Source of the DNA: Nemertoderma westbladi
Taxonomy: Eukaryota; Animalia; Xenacoelomorpha
Reading direction: 5' to 3'
DNA: 64,000 nucleotides
Assembly (NCBI GenBank): GCA_032718475.1
Contig: JAUCBJ010005043.1
Location: 1 to 64,000, forward strand
Made by a program: the position numbers and the translations under genes. A model generated the notes under the pieces. The model ran no database searches. It was not told the origin of the DNA and was given only the letters and a program-made list of their open reading frames with translations. Below, in pieces: positions 1 to 13,358 of this stretch (the stretch's first letter is position 1; every line of letters starts with the position of its first letter).

Positions 1-47
1 GGCGCCTATCCACGGACCAACAGGGATATAAGCTGCAGACATCGCTT

Positions 48-2672
48 ATGCACAGATTTGACGGACTGAGGACGACAACATACGGGACGAGGCCACTCCT
101 GAAGGCGTGTCGCGACAACCTACGCTACATTAAAGTGGGAAACGAGCGATCACTAGGGGTTCCTGTAGAACCCGGAGATGAGCCAAGGGGATACTGGAGG
201 CGCTTCGTGGAGGACGTCAGAGAACTGGGATACCTGGGAGTTGACACAGAGGGACAAGCCCAGGCACCCCCCACCGCCATCCCTGACCGGGATACGGATG
301 GGAACCTGACGCTGATTGGGCCGAAGCATCGAAAGCGGAGGCGGAGGATCAATCAGGAGGAAGCCAGGGCGAAACAAGGAATGGTGTCGAGGCCTTACGT
401 AGCTCCGGCACTGGAGACTTTAGACACCGTACTACACCTCGTATCGCCCGGAGGTTTAGTTATCGCCGTCGCGTACCCCTTAAAGGACGGCGAGAGGATC
501 TGGAATAAAATTCCAAAGGCGATGACAGACATATTATTGGACGAGAAGAACTACAAGGTAGGGTCGGCAATTCAAACCGACCTGACGGCTATAGGGGCGC
601 CGGCGGACATCGAACCGATAGCGGACACCGCACTCCAGTTCCAGGCGATGGCATCGCCAAACACCGACGCATTGTATGCGCCGCCGAACAACGCCTTTGG
701 GCTGGGTTCCTTTGCCCGAGAGACCGGGCTGGTCAACTTCAAACCCATGTCCAGAGAGAAGTACGACCGACAGGCAGGGGCCACACGACTGACAACGGAA
801 CAGTTTAAGGCGAGGCCCAGATGGCCCCCACGACTGTATACTTTCCCATCGAGGAACCGACGACTAGACGCGGTTCAAGAACAATACATCCTACAGGAGG
901 ATTACGCAGCGGCGTCAATCCCCCTCCTATTGACAGCCCACATGGTGGGCCTGGTTCCCCGAGCCTTCCGCGATAGTGGAGGCAGGATCCTCTCGGACCG
1001 AGAGGCTATCCGTAGGGTATTGTGGCCCCTTGTGGACTTCCCAAGGGATCAGAACCGGACCGAGGTCATTTATAACGCCAACTACCTGATGGATAAAGAA
1101 ACCACACCGTCTCCCCGGCAAATCGACAGAATTCGCCGCCTAGGGGAGAGTAAAGTACCACGGGAGGAGACAAATCCACAGACGGGAAAGGGACCCGACA
1201 GTACCTACGAGGGAGGCTACTCCCTACAACCAGCTCCGGACGTCGAGACCCATAGCGACGACGAAGGTAGCGGCCAAATCCCGGCAGCCAAGATGGCGGC
1301 TTACGACGACTGGGATTACCGATACGAGCCGAAAAGAGTCTGCCGAAGAGGACAGGACGACCGAGCACAGCCATCTACCAGCTCCAAAGTCTGGGATGGA
1401 CGTGAGGGCGGGGACCAACCCCAGCCACAGTTCGAGGAGGAGTGGGGGTTCCAAGAGGAACGAGGACACCAACTGACCTCGGGCGCCACCCACTTCCGAT
1501 ACGGAGCGGCTACCGGGAGCCGTGGCAACCGCGGGTCTTTGGGGAAGAGCCGTAGAAGGATCTCCCGCGGGACGGCTTTGGTGGCGGGACATATACGGGA
1601 CCAGAGGAGACCGTTTGACCAGGCGGTGGAGAGGATGGTCGTAGACGGGAGAACACGGGACTGGGTTGTGTACTCCGGAGAGACGATGGACCGAAGGAAC
1701 TCACCCGTCCGTAGTACTCGGGGGCTCCTCGCCCAGGGTCGCGGGGGGCGTCGCCCAACGGGGGGACCGTCGAGGATGCTGGGGCGTCGGCCGGGGGAAC
1801 TACGTCGCCCATACACAGGACGAACGAGTGCCAACGCCGAAAATGACAGCGGGCAGGAGGAACGCGATAACTTCGGGGGAGAAATGCCGCCCCTGGAACA
1901 AATAAGGAGACCGGCACAAAGGGAGACGCGGTCTGCAGTCAGGAGACAGGTGGATCGCCGGGAAGAACCTACCATCCAAGAACAGCCGTTGCAGGCGGAC
2001 GGACTTACGAAGGATCAGGGCGCATCAAACGTGGTGAGGGAGAGGAAACACGTTTACTACGTGAAACGTAGACCGATACAGGACAATGCTGGGTACGAAT
2101 TTCAGCTACCGGCCTGTTATACCTGTGGAGCCCTGAGTCATATCCAGGACAGGTGTACGTTCGGCCCCCCGGACAAACTTCTCGGGGATCCGTGCTCGTA
2201 CTGCGGCGAACGGGGACACTTCCTGGCGGCCTGCCAGGTACTGCACCGACTGTGCGGACGGTGCGGCTTCCGGGGACACCGGAACAGTGACTGTGACCAG
2301 AGGGAGCCGAGGGGGCACTTAGAGCGATTCGAGTGCAACGCCAACATGGGGGTGGAGACCAGGCGTCGCCTCCTCAGGCGGGGGATTGCCATGGGTTTCT
2401 TCCGCATGAAGCCGGATTTCGTGCTCGCGATATCGAGGCGCGAGGAAACCGTGCAATACACCCATATCCTGCACGTCGCCATGACAATAGGCGTGCAGAG
2501 GATACAGGACAGACTAGACGAGTGGCGGCCGGGACACCCGGGACACCTCGAAGGGTTCCTGGACCACTACACCGGGACCTACTACCTCGAACACGTGGTA
2601 AAATACCACAGGGAGGTGGAGGACCAGAAGGAGGAGGATATCAATGACCGTAAAAGACGGCGAATTAAGTAG
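48..2672 (+). CDS. DEDDy/RNase D-like 3'-5' exonuclease fused to three CCHC zinc knuckles; probably retroelement-borne and possibly 5'-incomplete
   Basis: ExoI-like YLGVDTEG, ExoII-like KVGSAIQTDL, ExoIII-like QYILQED. Three CX2CX4HX4C knuckles (CYTCGALSHIQDRC, CSYCGERGHFLAAC, CGRCGFRGHRNSDC). Intronless and GC-rich relative to the host; the frame is open from base 3. Confidence 0.7.
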   Translation: MHRFDGLRTTTYGTRPLLKACRDNLRYIKVGNERSLGVPVEPGDEPRGYWRRFVEDVRELGYLGVDTEGQAQAPPTAIPDRDTDGNLTLIGPKHRKRRRRINQEEARAKQGMVSRPYVAPALETLDTVLHLVSPGGLVIAVAYPLKDGERIWNKIPKAMTDILLDEKNYKVGSAIQTDLTAIGAPADIEPIADTALQFQAMASPNTDALYAPPNNAFGLGSFARETGLVNFKPMSREKYDRQAGATRLTTEQFKARPRWPPRLYTFPSRNRRLDAVQEQYILQEDYAAASIPLLLTAHMVGLVPRAFRDSGGRILSDREAIRRVLWPLVDFPRDQNRTEVIYNANYLMDKETTPSPRQIDRIRRLGESKVPREETNPQTGKGPDSTYEGGYSLQPAPDVETHSDDEGSGQIPAAKMAAYDDWDYRYEPKRVCRRGQDDRAQPSTSSKVWDGREGGDQPQPQFEEEWGFQEERGHQLTSGATHFRYGAATGSRGNRGSLGKSRRRISRGTALVAGHIRDQRRPFDQAVERMVVDGRTRDWVVYSGETMDRRNSPVRSTRGLLAQGRGGRRPTGGPSRMLGRRPGELRRPYTGRTSANAENDSGQEERDNFGGEMPPLEQIRRPAQRETRSAVRRQVDRREEPTIQEQPLQADGLTKDQGASNVVRERKHVYYVKRRPIQDNAGYEFQLPACYTCGALSHIQDRCTFGPPDKLLGDPCSYCGERGHFLAACQVLHRLCGRCGFRGHRNSDCDQREPRGHLERFECNANMGVETRRRLLRRGIAMGFFRMKPDFVLAISRREETVQYTHILHVAMTIGVQRIQDRLDEWRPGHPGHLEGFLDHYTGTYYLEHVVKYHREVEDQKEEDINDRKRRRIK

Positions 2673-2673
2673 G

Positions 2674-2853
2674 ACTGCACGTTACGAGAGTTATTTGACT
2701 GCACCTTACGGGAGATTTAACTGCACGTTACGAGAGTTATTTGACTGCACCTCACGGGAGATTTAACTGCATTTTTACGAGAGTTATTTGACTGCACCTT
2801 ACGGGAGATTTAACTGTATTTTACGAGAGTTATTTGACTGCACCTTACGAGAG
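2674..2853 (+). repeat. Tandem repeat, ~46-bp dimeric unit (24+22 bp), ~4 copies
   Basis: Alternating actgcacgttacgagagttatttg and actgcaccttacgggagattta directly after the stop codon. Confidence 0.9.
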
Positions 2854-3057
2854 AACCGAGACTATACGTCACGCTGTACATATTTACAAGCCACACCTTG
2901 CAATGCCCGATGCAATACTTGCATTTTTTTGTTCCATTTGATCCATGTAGGTACGCACCACCGAATGATTACAATGTTTATGGAGTAAACCGTCTATAAG
3001 TATCCACCACTGGCTGTCTCGGGGAGCTCACGGGGGAGGGGGGGGGGGGGGGGGGGG

Positions 3058-5108
3058 TGTGCGAGTGTGTATGCGTTATTACGGGTGGATAGTTCAACAC
3101 AGTTTACAGAGCGGTGTGATTTGGTTAACCTAGTATTTAGAGTGTATGTGTGTACGTACGTGTGTATGAAAGTTACGTATAACAGTCACACAGCAGTGGG
3201 TGAAGCAGAAGATGCCACCCACGAGTGGGGTTCGTCGCTGTGGACGCTCCCATTCACAACTTACGGTACCGAACAAGTAGGTACCACCAATGGGGCCCAC
3301 CTACCTTATCACAGGTACGTGCGCACATTGGGGGTGGCCCGATACGGACGGCCACAACAATTTGAGGTTGTTTGGAATGAGATAGCACCGTGTGCAGTGA
3401 TTGAGACAGGAATGAGAATGTAAGTTGGAAGTTAACGAATGACACAGAGTAGCTGGTTGGAGCGCAGCTGGGCGGATGGGTAGCACCCTGGGTTGGCCAG
3501 GATGCAGGGGGTCGATCCCACATTTGGGGGCTCGCCATGCCATAGAGCCGGACCTGGAGAAAGTAACCGATAGCGCGTTCGGAGAGATTATAAATATTTA
3601 AATGGGTGCCCAAAGGATCGTAAAAAACGTCAGAGAGCGTAGCGATGTGGTGTCCATGGGTGTGCCCATCACCAATAAGTGGTGCAGGGGTCACCCAAAG
3701 TACATACGAGTGAATGAGTGTGTGTGCGTGGCACAACGAACAAATGTGTTTTTTAATTAATTTATTTACATTATTTCGTATCATGAATCCTTTATGGTGT
3801 GATACCATTGCCTACATCCGAGAGTGGATGGCACTGAACAGCGCGTTACGGGGCTTAAACCGTTTCACGATATCAACACGATGGGTGTTGATGTCAATCG
3901 TCTGTAGGGTCAGCGGAAACTCGTCTAGTGTGCTGACTCACGGCGAATTGGTAAAGGGACTATCAACTCCCGTTTTTTTTTAAAACCATACTCAGGGTCA
4001 ACAGTACCCACCATTATTTTTTATTCATTTTTTTACCACAATTTTTTACCGACAACCGACGGATTGTTTAGGAGTCGCCTACCTTTCCTGACGTTCACAG
4101 GGTGTCTACTGGCTCGTGCCTTTAGATATGGGAGTGTAAATCATTTACACTCCCAAGGGGGAGTGTGTCCGACAACCGGAACCTTACCCTTCCCAAACCC
4201 ACACATATATTATACGAGTACCACGGGTTTCCCACCCAAGCCTAATGTTTGTACTGTAGGGGTAATTACTGTAGCGTTTGTACTGTAGGTGTAGGTAAGA
4301 TCACGGACTGACTAGTTACAGGGCACACGGGGGGGGGGGGGGGGGACTGGGCTGCAGTGATTTCCAGGAATGTTAGTATTAGGTTACTACGTACGCCTTC
4401 CACCAAGTCAACCCTCAAGGTATCAATACAGACATGGGACTAGGTGGATTACAAACGAGGTATACAAAGAGCACGTGATTGGGGATAGGTTGGCCGCCAG
4501 GCCACACCTGTAGCAAGACATAGGTAGCAGGGAGATGGGATATTAGCCTTGCCAGAGATAGGAATGTACAATTAGGCGGTCAATATGTACTACATTATGT
4601 AGTACGTATTTATTGTTATATTGGGGGGGTTTCAGTAGGTTTTAGTTTTAGGTAGTAGGATTATGTACTTAATTAGGGTTTTTGCTACGTACGGGTGCCA
4701 GGCTGGGGTCTTAAACCCCAGTCTGGCTCATTACTAGGGAATATTCATCCGCGCTACCGGGGTACATTAGACACAGATTAGCAATATTGGTTCAGTTGGT
4801 TTGGTGACAAGAGTGGAAGGTGATATCGTTGTTTTATGGCACAGTTCTTTAGTAGTACAGATTCCTTATTCATTTTACGTATTCACTTATATTACTTTAT
4901 CTTTTGTAAATGCATCTGATTTATTGTTTGTTATCTGTTTATATTCTGTCTATATTCTGTATTACTATGGTGCTGTGTAGGGATCGGCCTGCACAGACAC
5001 CACACTGGAGCGTTTAGTTATCAGTTTCCTTTCCACCGGACGGGCGGGTTACCTGATTTGGGCGGTTCAGTGGGGAACTCATCATTACGTGATATTTACG
5101 CCACTACA
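3058..5108 (+). mobile_element. Candidate 3' LTR of a large LTR retrotransposon
   Basis: A polypurine G-tract (3032-3057, preceded by gagctc as in the PPT at 57006-57020) is followed directly by TGT. The GC-richer sequence ends at ...cactACA (5108), where AT-rich DNA starts. No partner LTR is in the window. Confidence 0.35.
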
Positions 5109-5411
5109 CCAACCCAGTATAGTATATGTATATGTAGTATATATTTTTAAGCATAAAATAATAAATAAATAAAATATTATTTTAAATTAACCTAGGTCGA
5201 CCTCAGAAAAAATATGTATATGTAGTATATATAGTATATAATCTTGGGATTAACAAAGTATATTTTTGACAGACCAATATCAAGCAATTAAAATTAATTG
5301 GAAACAAAGAAACAACATGTTCCTATCTGTTCAACCGTATCTCTATGACCATCAATGTCTACTGTATACAGAAGATCTTAACAAGCTCATACATATGACC
5401 ATCAGTGACTG

Positions 5412-7890
5412 GTGTTAGACCTTAACAAAGTTCCTGAATACAAGCACCAGTACTAGTGTTAGACCTTAACAAAGTTCCTGAATACAAGCACCAGTACTAG
5501 TGTTAGACCTTAACAAAGTTCCTAAATATAATGTACAAGCACCAGTACTAGTGTTAGACCTTAACAAAGCTCCTAAATATACTGTACAAGCACCAGTACT
5601 GGTGGTAGACCTTAACAAAGTTCCTAAATATAATGTACAAGCACCAGTACTAGTGTTAGACCTTAACAAAGTTCCTGAATACAAGCACCAGTACTAGTGT
5701 TAGACCTTAACAAAGTTCCTAAATATAATGTACAAGCACCAGTACTAGTGTTAGACCTTAACAAAGCTCCTAAATATACTGTACAAGCACCAGTACTGGT
5801 GGTAGACCTTAACAAAGTTCCTAAATATAATGTACAAGCACAAGTACTAGTGTTAGACCTTAACAAAGTTCCTGAATACAAGCACCAGTACTAGTGTTAG
5901 ACCTTAACAAAGTTCCTGAATACAAGCACCAGTACTAGTGTTAGACCTTAACAATGCTCCTAAATATACTGTACAAGCACCAGTACTAGTGTTAGACCTT
6001 AACAAAGCTCCTAAATATACTGTACAAGCACCAGTACTAGTGTTAGACCTTAACAAAGCTCCTAAATACAAGCACCAGTACTAGTGTTAGACCTTAACAA
6101 AGTTCCTGAATACAAGCACCAGCACTAGTGTTAGACCTTAACAAAGTTCCTAAATATACTGTACAAGCACCAGTACTAGTGTTAGACCTTAACAAATTTC
6201 CTGAATACAAGCACCAGTACTAGTGTTAGACCTTAACAAAGTTCCTAAATATACTGTACAAGCACCAGTACTAGTGTTAGACCTTAACAAAGTTCCTAAA
6301 TATACTGTACAAGCACCAGTACTAGTGTTAGACCTTAACAAAGCTCCTAAATATACTGTACAAGCACAAGTACTAGTGTTAGACCTTAACAAAGCTCCTA
6401 AATATACTGTACAAGCACCAGTACTAGTGTTAGACCTTAACAAAGCTCCTAAATATACTGTACAAGCACCAGTACTAGTGTTAGACCTTAACAAAGTTCC
6501 TGAATACAAGCACCAGTACTAGTGTTAGACCTTAACAAAGTTCCTAAATATAATGTACAAGCACCAGTACTAGTGTTAGACCTTAACAAAGCTCCTAAAT
6601 ATACTGTACAAGCACAAGTACTAGTGTTAGACCTTAACAAAGCTCCTAAATATACTGTACAAGCACCAGTACTAGTGTTAGACCTTAACAAAGCTCCTAA
6701 ATATACTGTACAAGCACCAGTACTAGTGTTAGACCTTAACAAAGTTCCTGAATACAAGCACCAGTACTAGTGTTAGACCTTAACAAAGTTCCTAAATATA
6801 ATGTACAAGCACCAGTACTAGTGTTAGACCTTAACAAAGTTCCTAAATATACTGTACAAGCACCAGTACTAGTGTTAGACCTTAACAAAGTTCCTGAATA
6901 CAAGCACCAGTACTAGTGTTAGACCTTAACAAAGTTCCTAAATATAATGTACAAGCACCAGTACTAGTGTTAGACCTTAACAAAGCTCCTAAATATACTG
7001 TACAAGCACAAGTACTAGTGTTAGACCTTAACAAAGCTCCTAAATATACTGTACAAGCACCAGTACTAGTGTTAGACCTTAACAAAGTTCCTAAATATAC
7101 TGTACAAGCACCAGTACTAGTGTTAGACCTTAACAAAGTTCCTGAATACAAGCACCAGTACTAGTGTTAGACCTTAACAAAGTTCCTAAATATAATGTAC
7201 AAGCACCAGTACTAGTGTTAGACCTTAACAAAGCTCCTAAATATACTGTACAAGCACAAGTACTAGTGTTAGACCTTAACAAAGCTCCTAAATATACTGT
7301 ACAAGCACCAGTACTAGTGTTAGACCTTAACAAAGCTCCTAAATATACTGTACAAGCACCAGTACTAGTGTTAGACCTTAACAAAGCTCCTAAATATACT
7401 GTACAAGCACCAGTACTAGTGTTAGACCTTAACAAAGTTCCTGAATACAAGCACCAGTACTAGTGTTAGACCTTAACAAAGCTCCTAAATATACTGTACA
7501 AGCACCAGTACTAGTGTTAGACCTTAACAAAGCTCCTAAATATACTGTACAACCACCAGTACTAGTGTTAGACCTTAACAAAGCTCCTAAATATACTGTA
7601 CAAGCACCAGTACTAGTGTTAGACCTTAACAAAGCTCCTAAATATACTGTACAAGCACCAGTACTAGTGTTATACCTTAACAAAGCTCCTAAATATACTG
7701 TACAAGCACCAGTACTAGTGTTAGACCTTAACAAAGCTCCTAAATATACTGTACAAGCACCAGTACTAGTGTTAGACCTTAACAAAGCTCCTAAATATAC
7801 TGTACAAGCACCAGTACTAGTGGTAGACCTTAACAAAGCTCCTAAATATACTGTACAAGCACCAGTACTAGTGTTAGACCTTAACAAGCT
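5412..7890. repeat. Minisatellite array of interspersed 51-bp and 44-bp units (~50 copies)
   Basis: Units gtgttagaccttaacaaagctcctaaatatactgtacaagcaccagtacta (51) and gtgttagaccttaacaaagttcctgaatacaagcaccagtacta (44); no unique spacers. Confidence 0.97.
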
Positions 7891-7952
7891 CATAACTACT
7901 GTATGACCCCCTTTAATAATCTCACCCCAAACATTGCTGTTAAAAAACTCAC

Positions 7953-8157
7953 CTCTATGGCCTGTAGACGTCTACTGTTAGATGATCTCTCGCCATTAAC
8001 ATATTTGTATAACTCAGTAAGATTGCTTACTGACGCAGCTCGAGGTTTTACCCCTGGAATCTCCCCCTTTCTCGTTTTCTGGTCTTCCAAGGCGAATGTG
8101 TGACTGTATCGTTTGGAGTCTAGGGCGCCAGGAGGACCACATTGTCGTTCAGTTCGT
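7953..8157 (-). CDS. Possible internal exon of an unidentified host gene
   Basis: On the minus strand: ttgttttgccgttatccAG acceptor, 205-nt open frame (RTERQ...LQAIE), AG|GTGAG donor. No recognisable domain. Confidence 0.3.
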
Positions 8158-10908
8158 CTGGATAACGGCAAAACAATTATATTCTCACAAAATTAATTAC
8201 AAATTAACACTGCTAGTAATTGATCGTATGTAACTCTATTTCTCTTTAGTAGCGATAAGTAATATTCCGTTCCAAACAAATCCATCTGGACAAAGAATTA
8301 CGAATTTACGAGTTGTTCCTCTTTTGAAAATGGAAGTACTACAGTATTATGGAGGGATAAAACAGATTTGGCTGAGGTAAGAGTAAAAGAATACTGTGAA
8401 AACGGACAGTCAGAGTGTCAAAGAATTAAAGCACCCTCCTCGCCTCAAACACATCACACAAACCGAAATTTAAAAAACCGAATATTATACCCCATTTACG
8501 AAGCGTATCTTTAAGTAACGACAACATTTACACCCAATCAAATTAATAACTCCTTTATACGAAAACACATACTTATATCGAAAACACTACACAACTACAC
8601 CCAAATTACTAGGCATCTATCTGGTCGGTTTCAAAACTAAGATGGAAAACACAACATCCCTCAATCTTCTTGAAAATCTTTTAGAAATTGCGCTATATTT
8701 TTCCTTTATACATTCTCAGGACACTTTACTTCTCCCTAATTCACCCATACACATAAACCACGACATTACTCGATGGGGCTGCTCCGATAAACCGATAAAT
8801 CAAACCTGTACGCATTAAAACATAAAAAATGAAAACATGCGCTCTCTACATCCTATTAGTTTGGGGGGAGGTTTCACAACATCAAAATAACCAACGACTT
8901 CGCGATTCAGTGTCTATAACACACCCCCCACCCTAACTATGTTGTATACTAACTTTATAAAGGTTACAAATGACGCTTCATCTTCTGGTCCCTTATGTTT
9001 CTGAGTTCCCGACGCTTCTGTTTGGGGTCGTTCTAGATGGGAATATCTGGCCTTGCCTTTAGGCGACCTCCCAAACTGCAGTAGGACCATTGCACTAGCA
9101 GGTACACAGACACCAGACGGTTTGCAGCAAAACTAATGTGATAAGTGTTCGGATTATTAATCACGTTATATAGAATGCGGTAGGTATGGTTTACAGTACC
9201 GGTCTCTATCAATTAAGTTTAACCACTTAAATCAAAGTTTAATTAAATAGTAGACCTATAGCAAATGTTGTCGCTGACGCGTTGTTATTAACACCTTGGT
9301 TGTGATAGAATCAGTGGAAAATGAAATACTTTATTTCCCTGAATGTTTGTTTCCCGGGTGGGGGGGGGGGGGGGGGGGGGACTTTCGACTCTCACCACTC
9401 CAGGGGAAAATCAACGCATATTGCAGCTGATAACTTCTAAAAATAAAACTGTAACCTGTTCTATTGTGTTTAGTTTATTGTTTTGGTTAGAATAACGTGC
9501 CACTGTAACCTGCTCCTTTCCATAAATTGAGAATTTAACATTGAGACGAAATATTAATCCAAGATGGGGTTTCGTGAAGTTTTCCCCGTCTTCAGTTTCC
9601 TAAAGTTCCAAACAAATGATAATGGTGTAGATGTCAAGGTTTGTAGCCTAATGAGTAAATTAACAAAAATATATTTGTAATGCATATATACCAGATGTTC
9701 TATGCATGCGCTTTTGTTCAAACAACTATGCATAACGTCTTATTAATAAATTAATTAATTTAACGTTTGAAAAAATGAATTTAACGGGGACTTATATAAT
9801 TATTAAAGAAAATACAGTAGAAGCAGATAATCTGTATTTGAGCGAGGGTTTTACGGTTAAACCTTTGGTTTAACCATTATAATTATTCTTAATAAACCGC
9901 CTAAAAAACATTAACTTAACGCATTATAATTTAATAATTATTTAATATCAGCCTAATCAATAACGATTTTATGTGATTAGTAGAAATACACTGTAATTAC
10001 AATTCAGGTGGAGGAACATAACATCCATATTTAATATGATTTCAATTGGCCCAGTGATTTCAGCGAATCAGAAAGGGAGCGTTCTCTTTGCTAAGCGACG
10101 GTAAATAAATTATATCACTAGCCAATAGCACACTGGACTTTACGTTAAATCTCTACTTAATGCTAATTTAAAATAACTGGTTTATAATATCAAACACAAT
10201 AGACTATTTAGTTTGGCATGGATTGCGTTATTGTATTATTCTTTTAGGATTGCAAGAAATCAATATTATAGATACTGTATACTGAAGTACAGCATAAAAG
10301 TCCACAAGAAGTCAGGTGGGGCATAAGGTAATTAGCATGATAAGGAGTACATGTTATTCTAAGGAATGAATCAATGTGATTTTATTCATTGTATTTCATG
10401 TCGACATTCTGAATGTGTGTCTGAACATCTGTTGCTTGCTTATCGGTCATTTATAATTGTTGTGAAATGAGGCACAATATAATTTCATTTAACACGGGCC
10501 AAAATTCACAAATTAATGTCTGTATCCGTCTGTGTCAGAAGTCGTCAGATGTCTGACAGATCTGTCAAACGTCTGAGTCAGGCTGTAACAGACTTTTCCT
10601 CCACGTCTGTGACAGACGTACAGACGTCTGTCTGTTCACGCTTTTAAAACGGTTTAACTTTTTTTGCGTCTTCAAGGCAATTTTGAATATGTTGGATACG
10701 GATTGGCCAAAAATTGTGTTATAGAATTTAGAAAATAGGCCAGAATAAATTGGCTTCCAGCGCACAATTGAATTGAATTGGCTGAATTGAATCGCCACTA
10801 GCTAAGTAACGTGGAGTTAATTATAGTGAAAGACGTTCACCAGGACCTACATAGTAACGATGAGTTATGGCTTCTTTAATATGATTGGTTGAATTAAGCA
10901 GATTTCAA

Positions 10909-11110
10909 GCAGCAGCTTGGTCTAGTGGTGCATTACTGTGCTTCCGATTAGGGAGCCCGCGTTCGATCCGTACATAGATGGGGCAGCACTGTTTGGGCAT
11001 AGTGCTTTAAATGCTGCAGCCTAGCCCAACCACGGCTTTCATCCTTCAGTGGTCGATAAATGGGAACCAAGGTAACTTGAGAAACAGAGTGGAAGGGTTT
11101 ACTGTGGAAG
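10909..11110 (+). mobile_element. tRNA-derived SINE with a Deu/Nin-like core
   Basis: A box TGGTCTAGTGG (10918), B box GTTCGATCC (10961), then ggctttcatccttcagtggtcgataaatgggaacc, which resembles the conserved Deu/Nin SINE domain. Confidence 0.65.
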
Positions 11111-13358
11111 ATCGCGACATTAATCTATTTTTTGATGGGCAGATCAGCACTAGATGGAAATTATTTGGATTTTTTGTCAGTTCACTGTAAAGTGTTACCG
11201 GTACTAGTGTTGCCCGTGTCACCATTATTCTGCTTTTCATAAGAGCTGTTTTTGGTTTGACATCCAAAAATATCAAAATACCAAAAAAATACCAAAACAT
11301 AATGTTTTGGGCTATTGGTTTATGTTCTTGACATATTGTGGAGAGTTACATGTGAAAAAAAACGTTTTAAAGAAAATGAAAACAAATGTTTGTGGTAGCT
11401 AGTGTTTTCAATGGTATGTACTGTTTTAATAATGTAGCTAGTGTTTTTATAAAATACCACAAAATCTTTTTTTGACGCCATTTCAGATGCCATTAAACCA
11501 ACGCATGTGGTAGAAGTAAAATGTCCAACATCAAAACATGCCATTCAAAAATCTTATCTTTCACAATCGAATATGGCACAAATTCAACTTCAAATGTTTC
11601 GTTGCAATAAACAATGGGCCTTGTTTTGCGTCGCAGATCCATCTTTTGAAATAAACGGCGAAGTGAAAATAGTTGAAGTCTGAAGTCATTTGATTCCATA
11701 CACATGCAAAGTTTACTGAAAAGTAATCTGGAAGGAATATATATTTCCCAAAATTGTGAAAAATAGATAATTAAAAAATGTAAATTATAGTTATACTGTA
11801 GTTCAACTAAATTCTGATTAATGCTGATTGTATTGAGATGGCAGCTGAAGATATTTTTACTACGTCATCAATTACAGGGATTATCTGTAAAGGAATCACT
11901 GAATGGGGTTCCAACATCTTGTATTCCCTTATACATCTTATTAACCTTTCCACATGGACTAACTATCAATGCTATTTGGAATTCATTAATTTAACTTGTA
12001 TAAAAATAATTGCATTCGAAAAAGTGCGAATCCACAATCTAATCGAAAGTAATCTAAGTTTTGAAGCTTAATAAAACATCAATAAACTAATGGATTTCTA
12101 CCACCTGGCAGTTTTAGCTACAAAATATGTTTTATTTTTATAGCTAACAACTGTATACTGTAGTTTGGGATAAATAAATATTATTCTGGAATAAATTATC
12201 TGGAATAATTAACTTGTTATGAATCAATTTCCGCCAGAAAGATATCAAATAATGTATTCTTAACACAACAAAAAAACACACCACATAAATATTAGCTACA
12301 TTATTTATTTGAGTTACTAAGAGATTTATATTGTATAGTAACCAATGAACATTTACTGCTGCACTAGTGACGTCACTCGTGCAGTTTTATGAAATGGCCT
12401 GATTTTTCGATGTTGCTAATTTTGCGTTTTAAAATCGCTATAACTCGGCCAATGTTATATTTTTTTAAGGACAGTAATATTGCTCACTGGGGTTTATTCA
12501 CATGCTCTTTCACATGAAACCAACGAAAACTCGAAAAAAATATCCGAGTCGTCTACCCCATTAAGAGTTTGGTTCGAGGTTTCATAATAAAACATAAATT
12601 GTATATTCTATAATCTACTGAAAATCGAAATACTACAATATTAATTAATGTAAAAGTAAAATATTACTGTACATACAGCGCAATAAATAATGAAAGATAG
12701 TTTATTGACGTGAAGCAAATGAGCTGTTATACTTTTATTGTTTTATAGTTCATTCTACTCCTTTCGTACGTTCCACTTACATTAATGTTTAATATCGTTT
12801 AGGCAAGGACTACTGAAGGGGCTTCAGTAGACTTTGAGTTTAGGGCATAAAGAAAGCTAATGCTTTATGGAACCCGTACACACCAAAAGAAATACCAAAC
12901 TGAAAGTAATTACAGTAGTACCGGTAAGAAATTAAGCATTTGCGACCAATACCGACCATATTATAAAACAATGACAAAAACATTATATAAAACAATTGAA
13001 ACATATAAAAAAACAAGGCATGATAATTAAATAGTTAAAATATATCAGTGTTCTTCCTACTTGTAAGTTGATTATCTACTCGTATGTTGATAAGTACAGT
13101 ATCTCGCGTACCATTCATTACCATACATACAGCAGATACCGGTAGGCCTACTGCAGTACTGCACTGCTGCTATTGCTATTATAGCTGTAGTCAAGGAAAG
13201 GACTACCGGTACTTCAGTACAGCAGTACTGCAGTAAGTACTCTGGTACTTGGCTGTGCTGTAGTGTACATGGCTTTGTTTGTAATTACTGCATTAGCCTG
13301 TTAAGGACCGCATCCAGCCAGCATCGGACAATCGGAGTGCTGCAAAAAAGTAAAAGAA

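Noticed and set aside
125-2647. Many antisense and alternate-frame ORFs over the 874-aa ORF (likewise over MORN3)
   Set aside because: Expected shadow ORFs in GC-rich coding DNA; no motifs.
4509-5108. Solo LTR with TGTAG...CTACA ends
   Set aside because: The flanks (acacc / ccaac) do not form a TSD.
5412-7890. CRISPR-like array or repeat-protein ORFs (LDLNKAPKYTVQAPV...)
   Set aside because: No unique spacers and no cas genes. The ORFs arise because 51 is divisible by 3, and they break at every 44-bp unit.
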